Shown here: in pieces, positions 20,316-29,673 of the stretch | Layout: every line of letters begins with the position of its first letter | How positions within the stretch are numbered: the stretch's first letter is position 1 | Assembly (NCBI GenBank): GCA_029259155.1 | Contig: JAPDJI010000026.1 | Coordinates: 8,445-72,444, forward strand | Origin: Candidatus Methanomethylicia archaeon | GTDB lineage: Archaea; Thermoproteota; Methanomethylicia; Nezhaarchaeales; B40-G2 | DNA length: 64,000 nucleotides | Direction: 5' to 3' | Program-made: the position numbers and the translations under genes | Notes under the pieces: generated by a model | What the model saw: only the letters and a program-made list of their open reading frames with translations | What the model was told of the DNA's origin: nothing | The model's database searches: none

Positions 20316-20666
20316 TCAGTCGTATTCACGCCAAGTAAACCCACATTTAACGCAGCGGTAGAAGCGGGTGGAGCCCTCATCAGCCCTCCTCGTCTGAAGA
20401 AGCCACCAGTAAGCCTCGTTATGTCCACACTTAGGGCAGGAAGCCCTAATCGTAGGCATGGTTTTAGAAGTAGAGGTGTCTATCACCGTGGTCCTCTCCT
20501 GGGGGCTATGGGCGATGTGCTGAGTGACCTTTACCTCAACGGGCATGGAAGAAGCATCGCTAGTAAAGCCACATACACGGCAGACCAGCTTAAGCTCTCC
20601 ACCTTCTCTCGAAGGCGTCAGTAGCTTACCGCATCGCGGACAGAAGGGTAAATCCCTGCTTGTCAA
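20316..20666 (-). CDS. tfs: Transcription factor S
   Basis: FCPRCG, CPKCGH...QTRRADE...FYRCVKCG with intact DE acidic hairpin. Confidence 0.96.
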   Translation of the reverse strand: MTSRDLPFCPRCGKLLTPSREGGELKLVCRVCGFTSDASSMPVEVKVTQHIAHSPQERTTVIDTSTSKTMPTIRASCPKCGHNEAYWWLLQTRRADEGSTRFYRCVKCGFTWREYD

Positions 20667-20691
20667 GGAGAAACCCTCTCCATTTTCGCAG

Positions 20692-21144
20692 TTACCATCT
20701 TTGAGACGAGCTTAGATTTAGACCTTTCCAAGCTCGTGCCAGCTCCTTTACTAAGGGGGCTAACATCCTCGCCAACCTTAGAGCTTCAGGTCCTTCTGGC
20801 CCTGAGCAGGCTTTAAGTAAGCTTTGAAAATCTGGGTCGGTGAGGCCTATCGACTTCACGGCTTCATAAACGTTACCGCTTTCCCTAGAGAACAAAGCTA
20901 CTGGGCGCTTAAGTCTTTGCCATAGAGCCTCGAGGTCCTCGGAGGATATCAATGGCGACGGGAGGAAGATGGCCGTCAACTCCCCATAGTAGGGGGAAGC
21001 CTTTAAACACTCCGCGAGCGATGTTAAGTCCCCCTTTACCCATTTAGCCACAAAAACCCCGTCGAGCCACAAAGCACCCCTCATAACTACACAGATGGAG
21101 AAAACCGAGTTACCCTCCTCAAAGGCCGCGTCAGCTCCAAGCAC
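20692..21144 (-). CDS. Divergent DUF99 (endonuclease V-like) family protein
   Basis: (KPEVR)VLGAD, VVMRG..WLDGV, PEALRLA; usual rpoL-DUF99-tfs position; acidic and His motifs eroded. Confidence 0.7.
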   Translation of the reverse strand: MLGADAAFEEGNSVFSICVVMRGALWLDGVFVAKWVKGDLTSLAECLKASPYYGELTAIFLPSPLISSEDLEALWQRLKRPVALFSRESGNVYEAVKSIGLTDPDFQSLLKACSGPEGPEALRLARMLAPLVKELARAWKGLNLSSSQRW

Positions 21145-21185
21145 CCTGACTTCAGGCTTCCAGAGCTTCTTTAAGTTCTTAAAGC

Positions 21186-21473
21186 CTACTTCGCCTCCCC
21201 GAAAACCTTCTTGGCGGCCTCCTCAAACTCCTTAGTGAAGGTAAGGATCCTATTGACAGCCTCCCTTAACGCCTCCTCAGGAGACTTAGAGCCATCAGTA
21301 CTAACCGTGAAGACAGGGCTTGAGATGAGAGGGTGATCTATCCTATAAGCGGCGAATACCACGTTTTTATCCTTAAGTAAGGCTTCACGCAGGACGTTGC
21401 AGAATGTATGTCCTTCTCCTTTCAACTCGAAGACGAGCGTCCTATCATCCTTGCTAAGAACATTGAGCTCCAC
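21186..21473 (-). CDS. rpoL: RNA polymerase subunit Rpo11 (L)
   Basis: GEGHTFCNVLR, FAAYRIDHPL. Confidence 0.97.
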   Translation of the reverse strand: MELNVLSKDDRTLVFELKGEGHTFCNVLREALLKDKNVVFAAYRIDHPLISSPVFTVSTDGSKSPEEALREAVNRILTFTKEFEEAAKKVFGEAK

Positions 21474-21497
21474 GAGCAGCCACCTAGCCTAGAAAGG

Positions 21498-22118
21498 CTA
21501 AATCAGGTTTTTAATTAACCTTGCCTCCACGCTCCCCCACTTCAACATGTAGTTTGAAGAAGTCTTACGGGTTTCATGGGAGCCGCACATGAAACACACC
21601 AACCTTCCTCCTTTAAGGAGGAGAGGGTATCGGCATTTGGTGCAGAAAGCAAGCAATACACCCATACCTTTCTCCTTGATAGATAGGGGGTAGGGGTCTC
21701 TAAGGAGGAGCACCTTCGCTTTAACCACATCCCCAGGCCACACAGCGTTTACAATACGCTCCACATAACGTGTGTCGACTTCGCTTACGTGAAGAGTGGC
21801 TTTGTAGGGGTTAGTGAAAGACCTAGCCCCCTCCACCTGGTAAATATCTACCTCCGCTATGTCCTTCCTGATCCCTACTACAACCCCTAGCACTGAGTCA
21901 CCTTTTCTAGGCATAGGTGGGTCCTGTTTCAGCGGAAGTACCGATATGCGCCGCTCCTCCATGTCACGGACGATGAGGCCCACAGTAGATGAGTACACCA
22001 TGCCTCGTTCTTCATAGACCCCTTCCCCCGGTGAAAACTCCTCTATTACGCTCAGTAAGTCTCCCGGTAGCGCTAGCAAGACCTCCTCATCCTCCCCTAA
22101 GCGAGCACCTACCCCCAC
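21498..22118 (-). CDS. csl4: Exosome RNA-binding protein Csl4
   Basis: PGDLL..IEEF.PGEG, S1 domain, C-terminal CTKC..CFMCG..ETRK zinc ribbon. Confidence 0.95.
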   Translation of the reverse strand: MGVGARLGEDEEVLLALPGDLLSVIEEFSPGEGVYEERGMVYSSTVGLIVRDMEERRISVLPLKQDPPMPRKGDSVLGVVVGIRKDIAEVDIYQVEGARSFTNPYKATLHVSEVDTRYVERIVNAVWPGDVVKAKVLLLRDPYPLSIKEKGMGVLLAFCTKCRYPLLLKGGRLVCFMCGSHETRKTSSNYMLKWGSVEARLIKNLI

Positions 22119-22129
22119 TTAAACCTCTG

Positions 22130-22768
22130 CTATAGGCTAGTTGGGGAAGCTAAAGCTTTTACCTCATTCCTTGTAAAGCGGTAAAGGTCTACTTCAACCA
22201 TCCTAGCCTTCTCCACGTGAAACTCGAAAAGAGGCGGAAGCCTAAGCTTGAACGTAGCTAGTATCGTGGCGTACCCTCCAAGACTCTCCACCAGCTTAGT
22301 TATGAAGCGTCTACTCCCCTCCACCCTCTTATGTAGACTATAGACGGTGGGAGCTATCTTCAACGCACACTCCACGAAAGCTCTATCAGCTCCACGGCGC
22401 TGAACACCGAAGGGAGGATTCTGCACAACCACGTCCGCCTTCATCTCAACGCGCGGAACACTTGCACAAACCCATGAAACAAGCCTCCCTACGCCTGCCT
22501 TCTCTGCATTTCTATGAGCGGTTTGGAGGGCGGCGCGGTCAACATCGACGCCCACGACGAATGAAGCCCCCAGTATGGCTGCACCTATGGCTAACCTACC
22601 GCTACCGCATCCCAAATCGACTACAACCTTCTCCTCTAAGTCCCCTTTCACTATCCATAGCAGCCTAGCCGCCTCCTCTCCACCTATAGTATACTGCTCA
22701 AGGAAAGGTGAAGGCGCGGGATGAGGAGCAAGGGTGTCTAAGATCATGGCCAGCTTCCTAAGCTTCAA
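22130..22768 (-). CDS. METTL5-family N6-adenine RNA methyltransferase
   Basis: LEQY, DLGCGSG, NPPFG, VYSLH. Confidence 0.92.
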   Translation of the reverse strand: MKLRKLAMILDTLAPHPAPSPFLEQYTIGGEEAARLLWIVKGDLEEKVVVDLGCGSGRLAIGAAILGASFVVGVDVDRAALQTAHRNAEKAGVGRLVSWVCASVPRVEMKADVVVQNPPFGVQRRGADRAFVECALKIAPTVYSLHKRVEGSRRFITKLVESLGGYATILATFKLRLPPLFEFHVEKARMVEVDLYRFTRNEVKALASPTSL

Positions 22769-22786
22769 TAAAACCGCGCCTCCAAA

Positions 22787-23191
22787 CTAACAAACCTCGT
22801 AGCCCACCTCCTCCCCACTAGGAAGATACACGTGCACGTCCTTGTCTGAAGCATAGGGACTAGCGATTATGACCATGACTCGCCCTCTACCTACATTTAA
22901 GTCCTGGACTGAGGGTCGAGGATTGCCTGAAGGATGAGAGTGAGCCACTCCAAGTATGGAGAGGTCTAAGGGTAGGAGGTAAGGGTTAAAGCCCGAGAAG
23001 CTGTAGCCATAGATAGCCAAGGGAGGGACAATTATCTCTTCAAGTAGTAAGGCTCCATCCTTCAACTTCCTTCCCCTCAACAGCAGAAGCACTTCCTTAG
23101 GATGGACATTGCGGGCTGCGACTAAGAGAGCCTCCACGACCTCCCTCTTAACTAGTATTCGACGCGTTCTAGAACCCCTCGAACGGATCAT
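22787..23191 (-). CDS. JAMM/MPN+ metalloprotease
   Basis: HPKE...HSHPSGNPRPSVQD matches E-xn-HxH-x7-S-x2-D. Confidence 0.92.
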   Translation of the reverse strand: MIRSRGSRTRRILVKREVVEALLVAARNVHPKEVLLLLRGRKLKDGALLLEEIIVPPLAIYGYSFSGFNPYLLPLDLSILGVAHSHPSGNPRPSVQDLNVGRGRVMVIIASPYASDKDVHVYLPSGEEVGYEVC

Positions 23192-24161
23192 AGTCCTCTA
23201 TGCTCCATCCGCTTTTAAAGGAAAGCATGGCTTCTTGAGGAGTCAGGATAGGCTTGCGGTAAGCTTCATAGTCGAAGAGAGGGATGAGGGGACAAGCAGT
23301 AATAACGAAAGCTTCAACCTCGGGAAAATTGAGCTCGAGGCTAGGCGTAACCTCACGTGAAGCTATAAGGAAGACCTTTCGCCCCTCTGCTCTAATCATA
23401 TCTACTACCTTCTCGATCAGCTTTGGACGATATTGGCCAAACTTTAAGCCCACCACTACCCCAAAAACTCTAGCCTTAGAAGCCTCTGCAATATCGGAAA
23501 CTCTAGCCGCCATCACCTTCTTGGCGTAGGCTTCAACCTCCACCGCCTCTCCCTTAAAGGGGTCAGCAGCCACTACAGGCTTGCCGGTGACTAGTCTAAG
23601 GCCTACAGGATGGATCATCCCTCCGCCTAGAAATAGAAAAGACTCAGCCTCGTTAGCTACGTCCTTAGCTGTGGAGTAGTCACAGCCAATTATCTGGCCG
23701 GGCCTCTTCAACCTCCCTCGAGGAGGACCTATTAACACCTTCTTGCCAGCGTCTTCAAGGACCTGTCTAGCCTCCTCGCAAGCCCTCCAGTGCTGTATTA
23801 AAGTCGCTATGCCTACGCGGTCGCCTTTAAGGAGAGGAAGCGCCTTCTCCACGGCCTCCTTTACAGGCAGCTTCACCGTAGACTCTACGTATAATGTTGG
23901 TAGGTCGACAGATAATAGCTGAGAGTGGCCAAAATGGATGAGCAGGTCGACGCCTAGGGTCTTGGCTTCCTGTAGAGCTATGTCACAGGCTCCATAACAA
24001 GGATCCGAGAGCACGTATGCTTGACAGTTAACCTCCTCCTCTATCTTTCTAGCAAGGGATAGAGCGTGAGGCTTCAATCCCTCAGGCAGCTGAAGCGCCA
24101 CCTTGCCTGCTTTAACTCGCTTAACCTCCTCAACAATACGGTCTAGCTCAAAGTCGTACAT
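23169..24161 (-). CDS. dph2: Diphthamide biosynthesis enzyme Dph2
   Basis: LQLPEGLK, CYGACD, HFGHS, GQIIGC, ITACP. Confidence 0.96.
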   Translation of the reverse strand: MYDFELDRIVEEVKRVKAGKVALQLPEGLKPHALSLARKIEEEVNCQAYVLSDPCYGACDIALQEAKTLGVDLLIHFGHSQLLSVDLPTLYVESTVKLPVKEAVEKALPLLKGDRVGIATLIQHWRACEEARQVLEDAGKKVLIGPPRGRLKRPGQIIGCDYSTAKDVANEAESFLFLGGGMIHPVGLRLVTGKPVVAADPFKGEAVEVEAYAKKVMAARVSDIAEASKARVFGVVVGLKFGQYRPKLIEKVVDMIRAEGRKVFLIASREVTPSLELNFPEVEAFVITACPLIPLFDYEAYRKPILTPQEAMLSFKSGWSIEDYDPFEGF

Positions 24162-24220
24162 GGGTGTAGCTTTTAAACCCCAAGCCTTGTATTAAAGTGT
24201 CGCGCTAAGGTGGGAAGTTC

Positions 24221-25552
24221 TTGGTCCTCGAAAAGATGGCGTCATCACTGCGCACTGCACTCTCTAAGTTCATGGGGGCGCCAGTAGCTGATGAAAAGGC
24301 GGTGAGAGAGTTGATACGCGATGTCCAGCGAGCGCTGCTTCAAAGCGATGTTAACGTAGAGCTTGTCCTGAAGCTAACCAAGAAGGTTGAGGATGAAGTG
24401 CTTAGAAGCAAGCCCCCTCCAGGCTTGACGAGGAGGGAGCTAGCGTTAAAGGCTATCTATGAAGAGCTTGTTAACCTCCTCGGAGGAGATCGCCCAGCTG
24501 AGCTGAGGCTTACGCCTGGAAAACTGAACGTGATTATGCTCGTGGGCGTCCAAGGAAGTGGCAAAACCACTAGTGCCGCTAAGCTCGCTTTACTCTTAAA
24601 GAGACGTGGATTTAAACCAGCCTTAGTGTGCGCCGATAATTATAGACCTGCAGCCTATGAACAGCTAGTTCAGCTGGGAAAGAAAATCGGCATCCCAGTC
24701 TATGGAGGAGACAGGTCGAAGAGCCCCGTAGAGCTGGCTAAGGAAGGAGTTGAGAAAGCCAAGAAGTCTGGTGTTAACGTCGTAATCATAGACACGGCTG
24801 GGAGACACAAAGAGGAGAAGGGGCTGATAGAGGAGATGAAAGAGATAGCCAGGGCCATACAGCCTGACGAAGTGATACTGGTCATAGACGCCACGATAGG
24901 TCAACAAGCTAAAGCTCAGGCCGAAGCCTTTCACGAAGCTGTGAAGGTAGGCTCTATATTCCTAACCAAGCTTGACGGAGCTGCTAGAGGAGGAGGGGCT
25001 TTATCAGCGGTGGCAGCTACAGGAGCCACTATAAAACTTATCGGAGTTGGAGAGGGGGTAGATGAGCTACAAGCCTTCAATCCTCGCAGGTTCGTAAACC
25101 TCCTCTTAGGCATGGGCGACTTAGAAGCCTTAGTTGAAAAGGTAAAGCAATTAGAGATAAAGCCTGAGAAGAAAAAGGTCGAAGCCCTACTGACGGGCAG
25201 GTTCACACTAAAGGACATGCTTGAGCAGCTAGAGAGTTTAAGGAAGATGGGTCCCTTCAGGAAGATCCTTGAGCTAATACCAGGCCTATCCCTGAAGCTC
25301 CCCGCCGAAGCCATGGAGGTAGCTGAGGAGAAGCTGGAGCGCTGGTCAGCGGTCCTTAAATCCATGACCAAGGAGGAGATGGAAAAGCCTGAGATCCTCA
25401 ATAAATCCAGGATCAGACGCATAGCTCGAGGTAGTGGTGTAGACCCGAGAGAGGTGAGGGAGCTCATAAACCAGTTCAACGCTATGAAGCGTATGTTCAA
25501 ACAGCTTGTAAGGAGAGGTAAAAAACTCTCCTTGCTAGGTAAACCTCCTTAA
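24221..25552 (+). CDS. srp54: Signal recognition particle protein SRP54
   Basis: GVQGSGKTT, DTAGR, TKLDG, M domain SRIRRIARGSG. Confidence 0.98.
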   Translation: MVLEKMASSLRTALSKFMGAPVADEKAVRELIRDVQRALLQSDVNVELVLKLTKKVEDEVLRSKPPPGLTRRELALKAIYEELVNLLGGDRPAELRLTPGKLNVIMLVGVQGSGKTTSAAKLALLLKRRGFKPALVCADNYRPAAYEQLVQLGKKIGIPVYGGDRSKSPVELAKEGVEKAKKSGVNVVIIDTAGRHKEEKGLIEEMKEIARAIQPDEVILVIDATIGQQAKAQAEAFHEAVKVGSIFLTKLDGAARGGGALSAVAATGATIKLIGVGEGVDELQAFNPRRFVNLLLGMGDLEALVEKVKQLEIKPEKKKVEALLTGRFTLKDMLEQLESLRKMGPFRKILELIPGLSLKLPAEAMEVAEEKLERWSAVLKSMTKEEMEKPEILNKSRIRRIARGSGVDPREVRELINQFNAMKRMFKQLVRRGKKLSLLGKPP

Positions 25553-25562
25553 GTGAGGGTTC

Positions 25563-26864
25563 ATGAATCTCCTAGAAACATGTAAAGCCTTGATCAAGGA
25601 GGTAGCTCTATGTAATAGCTGCCTAGGTAGGTGCTTCGCTAGGTTAGTGAGGGGGCTAAGCAATAGTGAGCGTGGAGAGGCTTTAAAGAAGGTCCTAGCC
25701 ATCGAAGCTGAGCGTTTAAGGAATGAGGGTGAAGAGGAGGGGGGAGAACTTCTTGTAGCCTTAGCTAAGTCAGGCTTCAAACCAGCTATGAAGGTAGTGG
25801 GGCTAGAAAAGCCTGAGCCCTGCTACATTTGTAGAGGCCTCATGGACACGATACCCAGATTCGTGGAGAAAGCAGAGGAGGCCTTGAAGAACTACGAGTT
25901 CAACAACCTCCTGGTGGGCACCAAGGTGCCAGGAGATGTAGTTGAGAGGGAGGATAGCTTATGGTCAAGGCTTTCCTTAAACTACGGCGAGTCCATCAAA
26001 AGCGAGGTAAACAGAGAGCTAAGGAGAGCCTTAGCTCAGAGGTTAAACAAGAAGGTAGAGTTCTCCTCGCCGGATATCGTAGTAATAGTGAACCTGGTTT
26101 CAGGAGAGATCGAGGTTAAGCCCAGCCCAGTATTCGTCTATGGAAGATACCGTAAACTTGAGCCTGGAATCCCGCAGAATAAGTGGTTTTGCTCAAAGTG
26201 CTGGGGACTAGGCTGTGAACATTGCAACTGGACTGGGAGAATGTATCCTACCTCGGTAGAAGAGCTGGTGGCCTCACCTTTAGCTAAGCTCTTTGAAGGA
26301 AAGGAAGCTAAGTTTCATGGGGCAGGTAGGGAAGACGTTGACGTGAAGGTGATGGGTAAAGGAAGACCCTTCGTAGTTGAGGTTAAGGAACCTAAAAAGA
26401 GGTTCCTAGATCTGTCCATGGTTGAGGCGAAGATAAATGAATACGCTAAGGGAAAGGTCGAGGTACATGAACTTAGATATTCAAATAGGGAAGAGGTACG
26501 TAAGCTTAAAATGACAGCTCCGGTCAAGGAGAAGAGCTACGTAGCCAAGGTCAAGGTGGAAGGAGGAGTAACTGAGGAGCAGTTGAAGAAATTGGAGGAA
26601 CAGCTCACGGGTATTGTTGTTAAACAGAGAACCCCTACCAGAGTCCTGCATCGAAGAGCTGATAAGATAAGGATGAAGAAAGTGTACATGTTAAAAGCAA
26701 GGCTGCTGAACAACGATGAGGTGGAGCTGACCATTAAGGGGCAGGGAGGGCTTTACGTCAAAGAGCTGATAACGGGAGATGGAGGTAGGACATCGCCAAG
26801 CGTTGCTGAGCTTCTAGGAAGGAAGGTGGAGGTAGAAGAGCTCATAGTAACCCATGTAGAGTAG
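25563..26864 (+). CDS. pus10: tRNA pseudouridine(54/55) synthase Pus10
   Basis: CxxCLGR, GRYRK, HGAGREDVD, QRTPTRV, GGLYVKELI. Confidence 0.96.
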   Translation: MNLLETCKALIKEVALCNSCLGRCFARLVRGLSNSERGEALKKVLAIEAERLRNEGEEEGGELLVALAKSGFKPAMKVVGLEKPEPCYICRGLMDTIPRFVEKAEEALKNYEFNNLLVGTKVPGDVVEREDSLWSRLSLNYGESIKSEVNRELRRALAQRLNKKVEFSSPDIVVIVNLVSGEIEVKPSPVFVYGRYRKLEPGIPQNKWFCSKCWGLGCEHCNWTGRMYPTSVEELVASPLAKLFEGKEAKFHGAGREDVDVKVMGKGRPFVVEVKEPKKRFLDLSMVEAKINEYAKGKVEVHELRYSNREEVRKLKMTAPVKEKSYVAKVKVEGGVTEEQLKKLEEQLTGIVVKQRTPTRVLHRRADKIRMKKVYMLKARLLNNDEVELTIKGQGGLYVKELITGDGGRTSPSVAELLGRKVEVEELIVTHVE

Positions 26865-27170
26865 CTAGGTACTAGTTAAGGGTTTAAGGTGGTCCGCCTC
26901 GGTTATGACGGTTTTCCGCTTATCTCCAAGATACACCTCAACTATGTAAGCTGACCCTCTTCTACCGATAATAGTGCCTGTTAGGCCTTGAAACCTCCCA
27001 TGAGGCGCTGTTTCAATCCTAGTCGGATCGATATGTATAGAAACCTTCTGTCCTACCTCGTAGTCCTGAAGCAGCCTACTTAGCCCTCTCATCCCTTTCT
27101 CCCTAGGATGCTTGGATAGCTTTTTTCTAGACCTACATCTTAGGCCCTTGGACTTAGGCCCCACCTTCAC
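26865..27170 (-). CDS. rpl21e: 50S ribosomal protein L21e
   Basis: SKGLR.RSRKKL, PHGRFQGLTG, HLKP. Confidence 0.96.
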   Translation of the reverse strand: MKVGPKSKGLRCRSRKKLSKHPREKGMRGLSRLLQDYEVGQKVSIHIDPTRIETAPHGRFQGLTGTIIGRRGSAYIVEVYLGDKRKTVITEADHLKPLTST

Positions 27171-27296
27171 CCCTCCGGAAAGACCACGAGCACTTGCAGA
27201 AATAGGTTTATATCTTTATCTTCAACAAGGGCCTCTATGGAACGTTTAAATTGAAGCTAGACAAGACTATTTAGGCTTATTCATAGGGGACTTGCG
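27171..27296. promoter_or_regulatory. Divergent promoter region rpl21e / rpoF
   Basis: TATA-like TTTATA about 27207-27212 and TTTAAA 27245-27250 between divergent starts. Confidence 0.45.
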
Positions 27297-27641
27297 ATGA
27301 AAGTAAGAAAGATGGATGAAATAACTATAGCACGGGCACGTGAGGTGCTCGGAGAGGTCAAGGAAAAATGGGGTGAGCTCAAACATTTCCAACAGGTCAC
27401 CTTAGACTTCCTAACCCGCTTCTCTAAGCTATCAGGTGATAAGGCAGAGGAATTGGTCGCGAAGCTTTGTGAAAAATTTGGACTCTCAAAGCCTACAGCT
27501 ACTCAAGTCGTGAACATCATACCTAAGAGTAACGAAGAGCTTAGACAAATCCTGATTAAAGAAGGGAAGACCTTCCTGCCCGAGGAGCTTAATGAGATGA
27601 GGAAGCTCTTAGAGGAATATTTGGCCGCTGAGGAAGAGTGA
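27297..27641 (+). CDS. rpoF: RNA polymerase subunit Rpo4 (F)
   Basis: FQQVTLDFL.RFSKL, QVVNIIPKSNEELR; precedes DUF655. Confidence 0.92.
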   Translation: MKVRKMDEITIARAREVLGEVKEKWGELKHFQQVTLDFLTRFSKLSGDKAEELVAKLCEKFGLSKPTATQVVNIIPKSNEELRQILIKEGKTFLPEELNEMRKLLEEYLAAEEE

Positions 27642-27664
27642 AGTAAGCGAAGGGGAGGCGGGTC

Positions 27665-28240
27665 TTGTCCTCAAAGAAGTTTGAGGAGTATGCCTACGTG
27701 TTAGACTACTTGCCACGAGGACATCCTTTTGATCGACGCCCCATCCATCTCCGGAAACCGGTCGCGCTAGCCGTAGGAGAGGATTTCTTCACTTTATTGG
27801 AGCTAGTTCCTAGAAATGGTGTTATATTGACACCTGGAGAAAAAGTGTTTATAGGTAAAGGTATTCGGGAGAAGGTTGACCATATAAGCAGGAGGATAAG
27901 CTACGAAGAGCTTACTTCCTCAGCTAGAGATGAGCTAGTGAAGGTAGTAGATAGAGTGGTTAGAGAGAACGAGCGTAGGTTCGTGGAGATATTTAACACC
28001 GCCCCTGCCTTAACCACTAGGATGCATTCTCTCGAGCTCATCAAGGGTATCGGTAAAAAGAAGCTTTGGGAGATTCTTGAGGAAAGGAGGAAAAAGCCGT
28101 TTGAGAGCTTCAAGGACTTAGAGGAGAGAGTAGGGCTACGTAACATGGCTGAGGCCATCAAGGATCGCATTTTGGAGGAGCTTAGAGGAGGACAGCGATA
28201 CTATCTCTTCGTGAGGCCGGCTCCAAAAAGCTTGGAGTAA
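27665..28240 (+). CDS. DUF655 putative RNA-binding protein
   Basis: EEYAYVLDYLP.G, FTLLEL, RMHSLELIKGIGKK HhH. Confidence 0.95.
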   Translation: MSSKKFEEYAYVLDYLPRGHPFDRRPIHLRKPVALAVGEDFFTLLELVPRNGVILTPGEKVFIGKGIREKVDHISRRISYEELTSSARDELVKVVDRVVRENERRFVEIFNTAPALTTRMHSLELIKGIGKKKLWEILEERRKKPFESFKDLEERVGLRNMAEAIKDRILEELRGGQRYYLFVRPAPKSLE

Positions 28241-28247
28241 AAAGGAG

Positions 28248-29090
28248 ATGGAGGAAGACTTCAAGCTAACTAGAAATGAATTGTTAAGGTATACCAAGCA
28301 TATACTAGCCAAGTATGAGGTTAAACCGAAGAAGAAACTTGGACAGAGCTTCACCATAGATCCTTCCCTACTTCTCGATTTGGTAGCTTACGCTGACATA
28401 CAGCCTACAGATCTTGTTCTTGAGGTAGGAGCTGGAGTAGGTTGTTTAACGAGACTCCTCGCCGAGAAGGCGAGGAAAGTAATAGCGATCGAGGTGGATT
28501 CACGACTAGTTAAAGCTCTACGCGAGGTGTTCAAGGAAAACAGCAATGTTGAGGTGGTGGAAGGCGACTTCCTAAAGATGTATGGTTTGAAGGCGGATAA
28601 AGTGGTATCTACGGTGCCCTACTCCATAGCTTCTCCCTTCACCTTCAAGCTCCTTAAAGAGGTTGATTTCAAACAGGCTATTTTAACCTTCCAGAAGGAG
28701 TTCGCGGAGAGGCTGATCGCTAAGCCTGGATCACGTGACTACGGAAGGCTAACCGTGACCACCTCCTACTATGCCGATGTCAAGCTCCTACGCTTCGTCT
28801 CTAGACGATGCTTTTACCCAGTACCTGACGTAGACTCAGCTATAGTTGAGGTTAAACGAAGGGATAAGCCTCCCTTCAGAGTGAATGAGGAAAGCTTCAT
28901 GAAGCTTGTAATGATACTTTTTAGTCAACGCAACCGAATCGCGCTAAGCGTATTGAAGAGAGCTTTCCCTAACCTAAATGAAACCGACCTGCCTATCTCC
29001 TTAGCCTCTAAGAGGGTCAGGGAGCTTACTATGGACGACCTCTATAAAGCCTATAAGGCGGTGTACGGAGCCCATGGACATGGAGCTTAA
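28248..29090 (+). CDS. rsmA: 16S rRNA adenine dimethyltransferase KsgA/RsmA
   Basis: KKLGQSF, LEVGAGVG, QKEFAERL, YGRL, FYPVPDVDS. Confidence 0.95.
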   Translation: MEEDFKLTRNELLRYTKHILAKYEVKPKKKLGQSFTIDPSLLLDLVAYADIQPTDLVLEVGAGVGCLTRLLAEKARKVIAIEVDSRLVKALREVFKENSNVEVVEGDFLKMYGLKADKVVSTVPYSIASPFTFKLLKEVDFKQAILTFQKEFAERLIAKPGSRDYGRLTVTTSYYADVKLLRFVSRRCFYPVPDVDSAIVEVKRRDKPPFRVNEESFMKLVMILFSQRNRIALSVLKRAFPNLNETDLPISLASKRVRELTMDDLYKAYKAVYGAHGHGA

Positions 29091-29673
29091 CCTAAACGGC
29101 CTCAAGCTCTCAGTGACGGAGAGAGTGTATCCTCCATCTGACGATACCTACCTGTTGATGGACGCTGTGAAGGATATAGCCAAGGGGCTGGTCTTAGACG
29201 TAGGAGCAGGGACCGGGGCTGTAGCCTTGACTGCCGCTTCAAAGGGCTGCTTTACAGTGGCCGTAGATATAGATAGAAACGCCGCTAGGTGCACCAAGCT
29301 CAACATCACGGCGAATAAGCTGAGAGGCCTGGCTGATGTATTGGTTGGTGACCTAGTCTCAGCGTTTAAGGATAGGAGCTTCGACTTGATAGTTTTCAAC
29401 CCACCTTACCTACCTGTCGAGGAGAAAGGCCTAGGTAGAGCCTGGTCTGGAGGTAGGAGTGGTAGAGCGGTCTCAGACCGCTTTATAAGCGAGGCACCCT
29501 CGAAGCTGAAGGACGAAGGCTTAATCCTGCTTGTCCAGTCGAGCCTTTCAGGAATAGAGGAGGCAGTAGAGAGGTTTAGGAGGCAAGGGTTAGAGGCTAC
29601 GGTTAAAGAACGCAAGCGTATAGGCTGGTTTGAGGAGCTTGCATTAGTGAAGGCTTCTAAGAAGAAACCCTAA
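29074..29673 (+). CDS. HemK2/Mtq2-family methyltransferase
   Basis: VYPPSDDTYLL, DVGAGTG, FNPPY, WSGG..GR. Confidence 0.92.
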   Translation: MDMELNLNGLKLSVTERVYPPSDDTYLLMDAVKDIAKGLVLDVGAGTGAVALTAASKGCFTVAVDIDRNAARCTKLNITANKLRGLADVLVGDLVSAFKDRSFDLIVFNPPYLPVEEKGLGRAWSGGRSGRAVSDRFISEAPSKLKDEGLILLVQSSLSGIEEAVERFRRQGLEATVKERKRIGWFEELALVKASKKKP

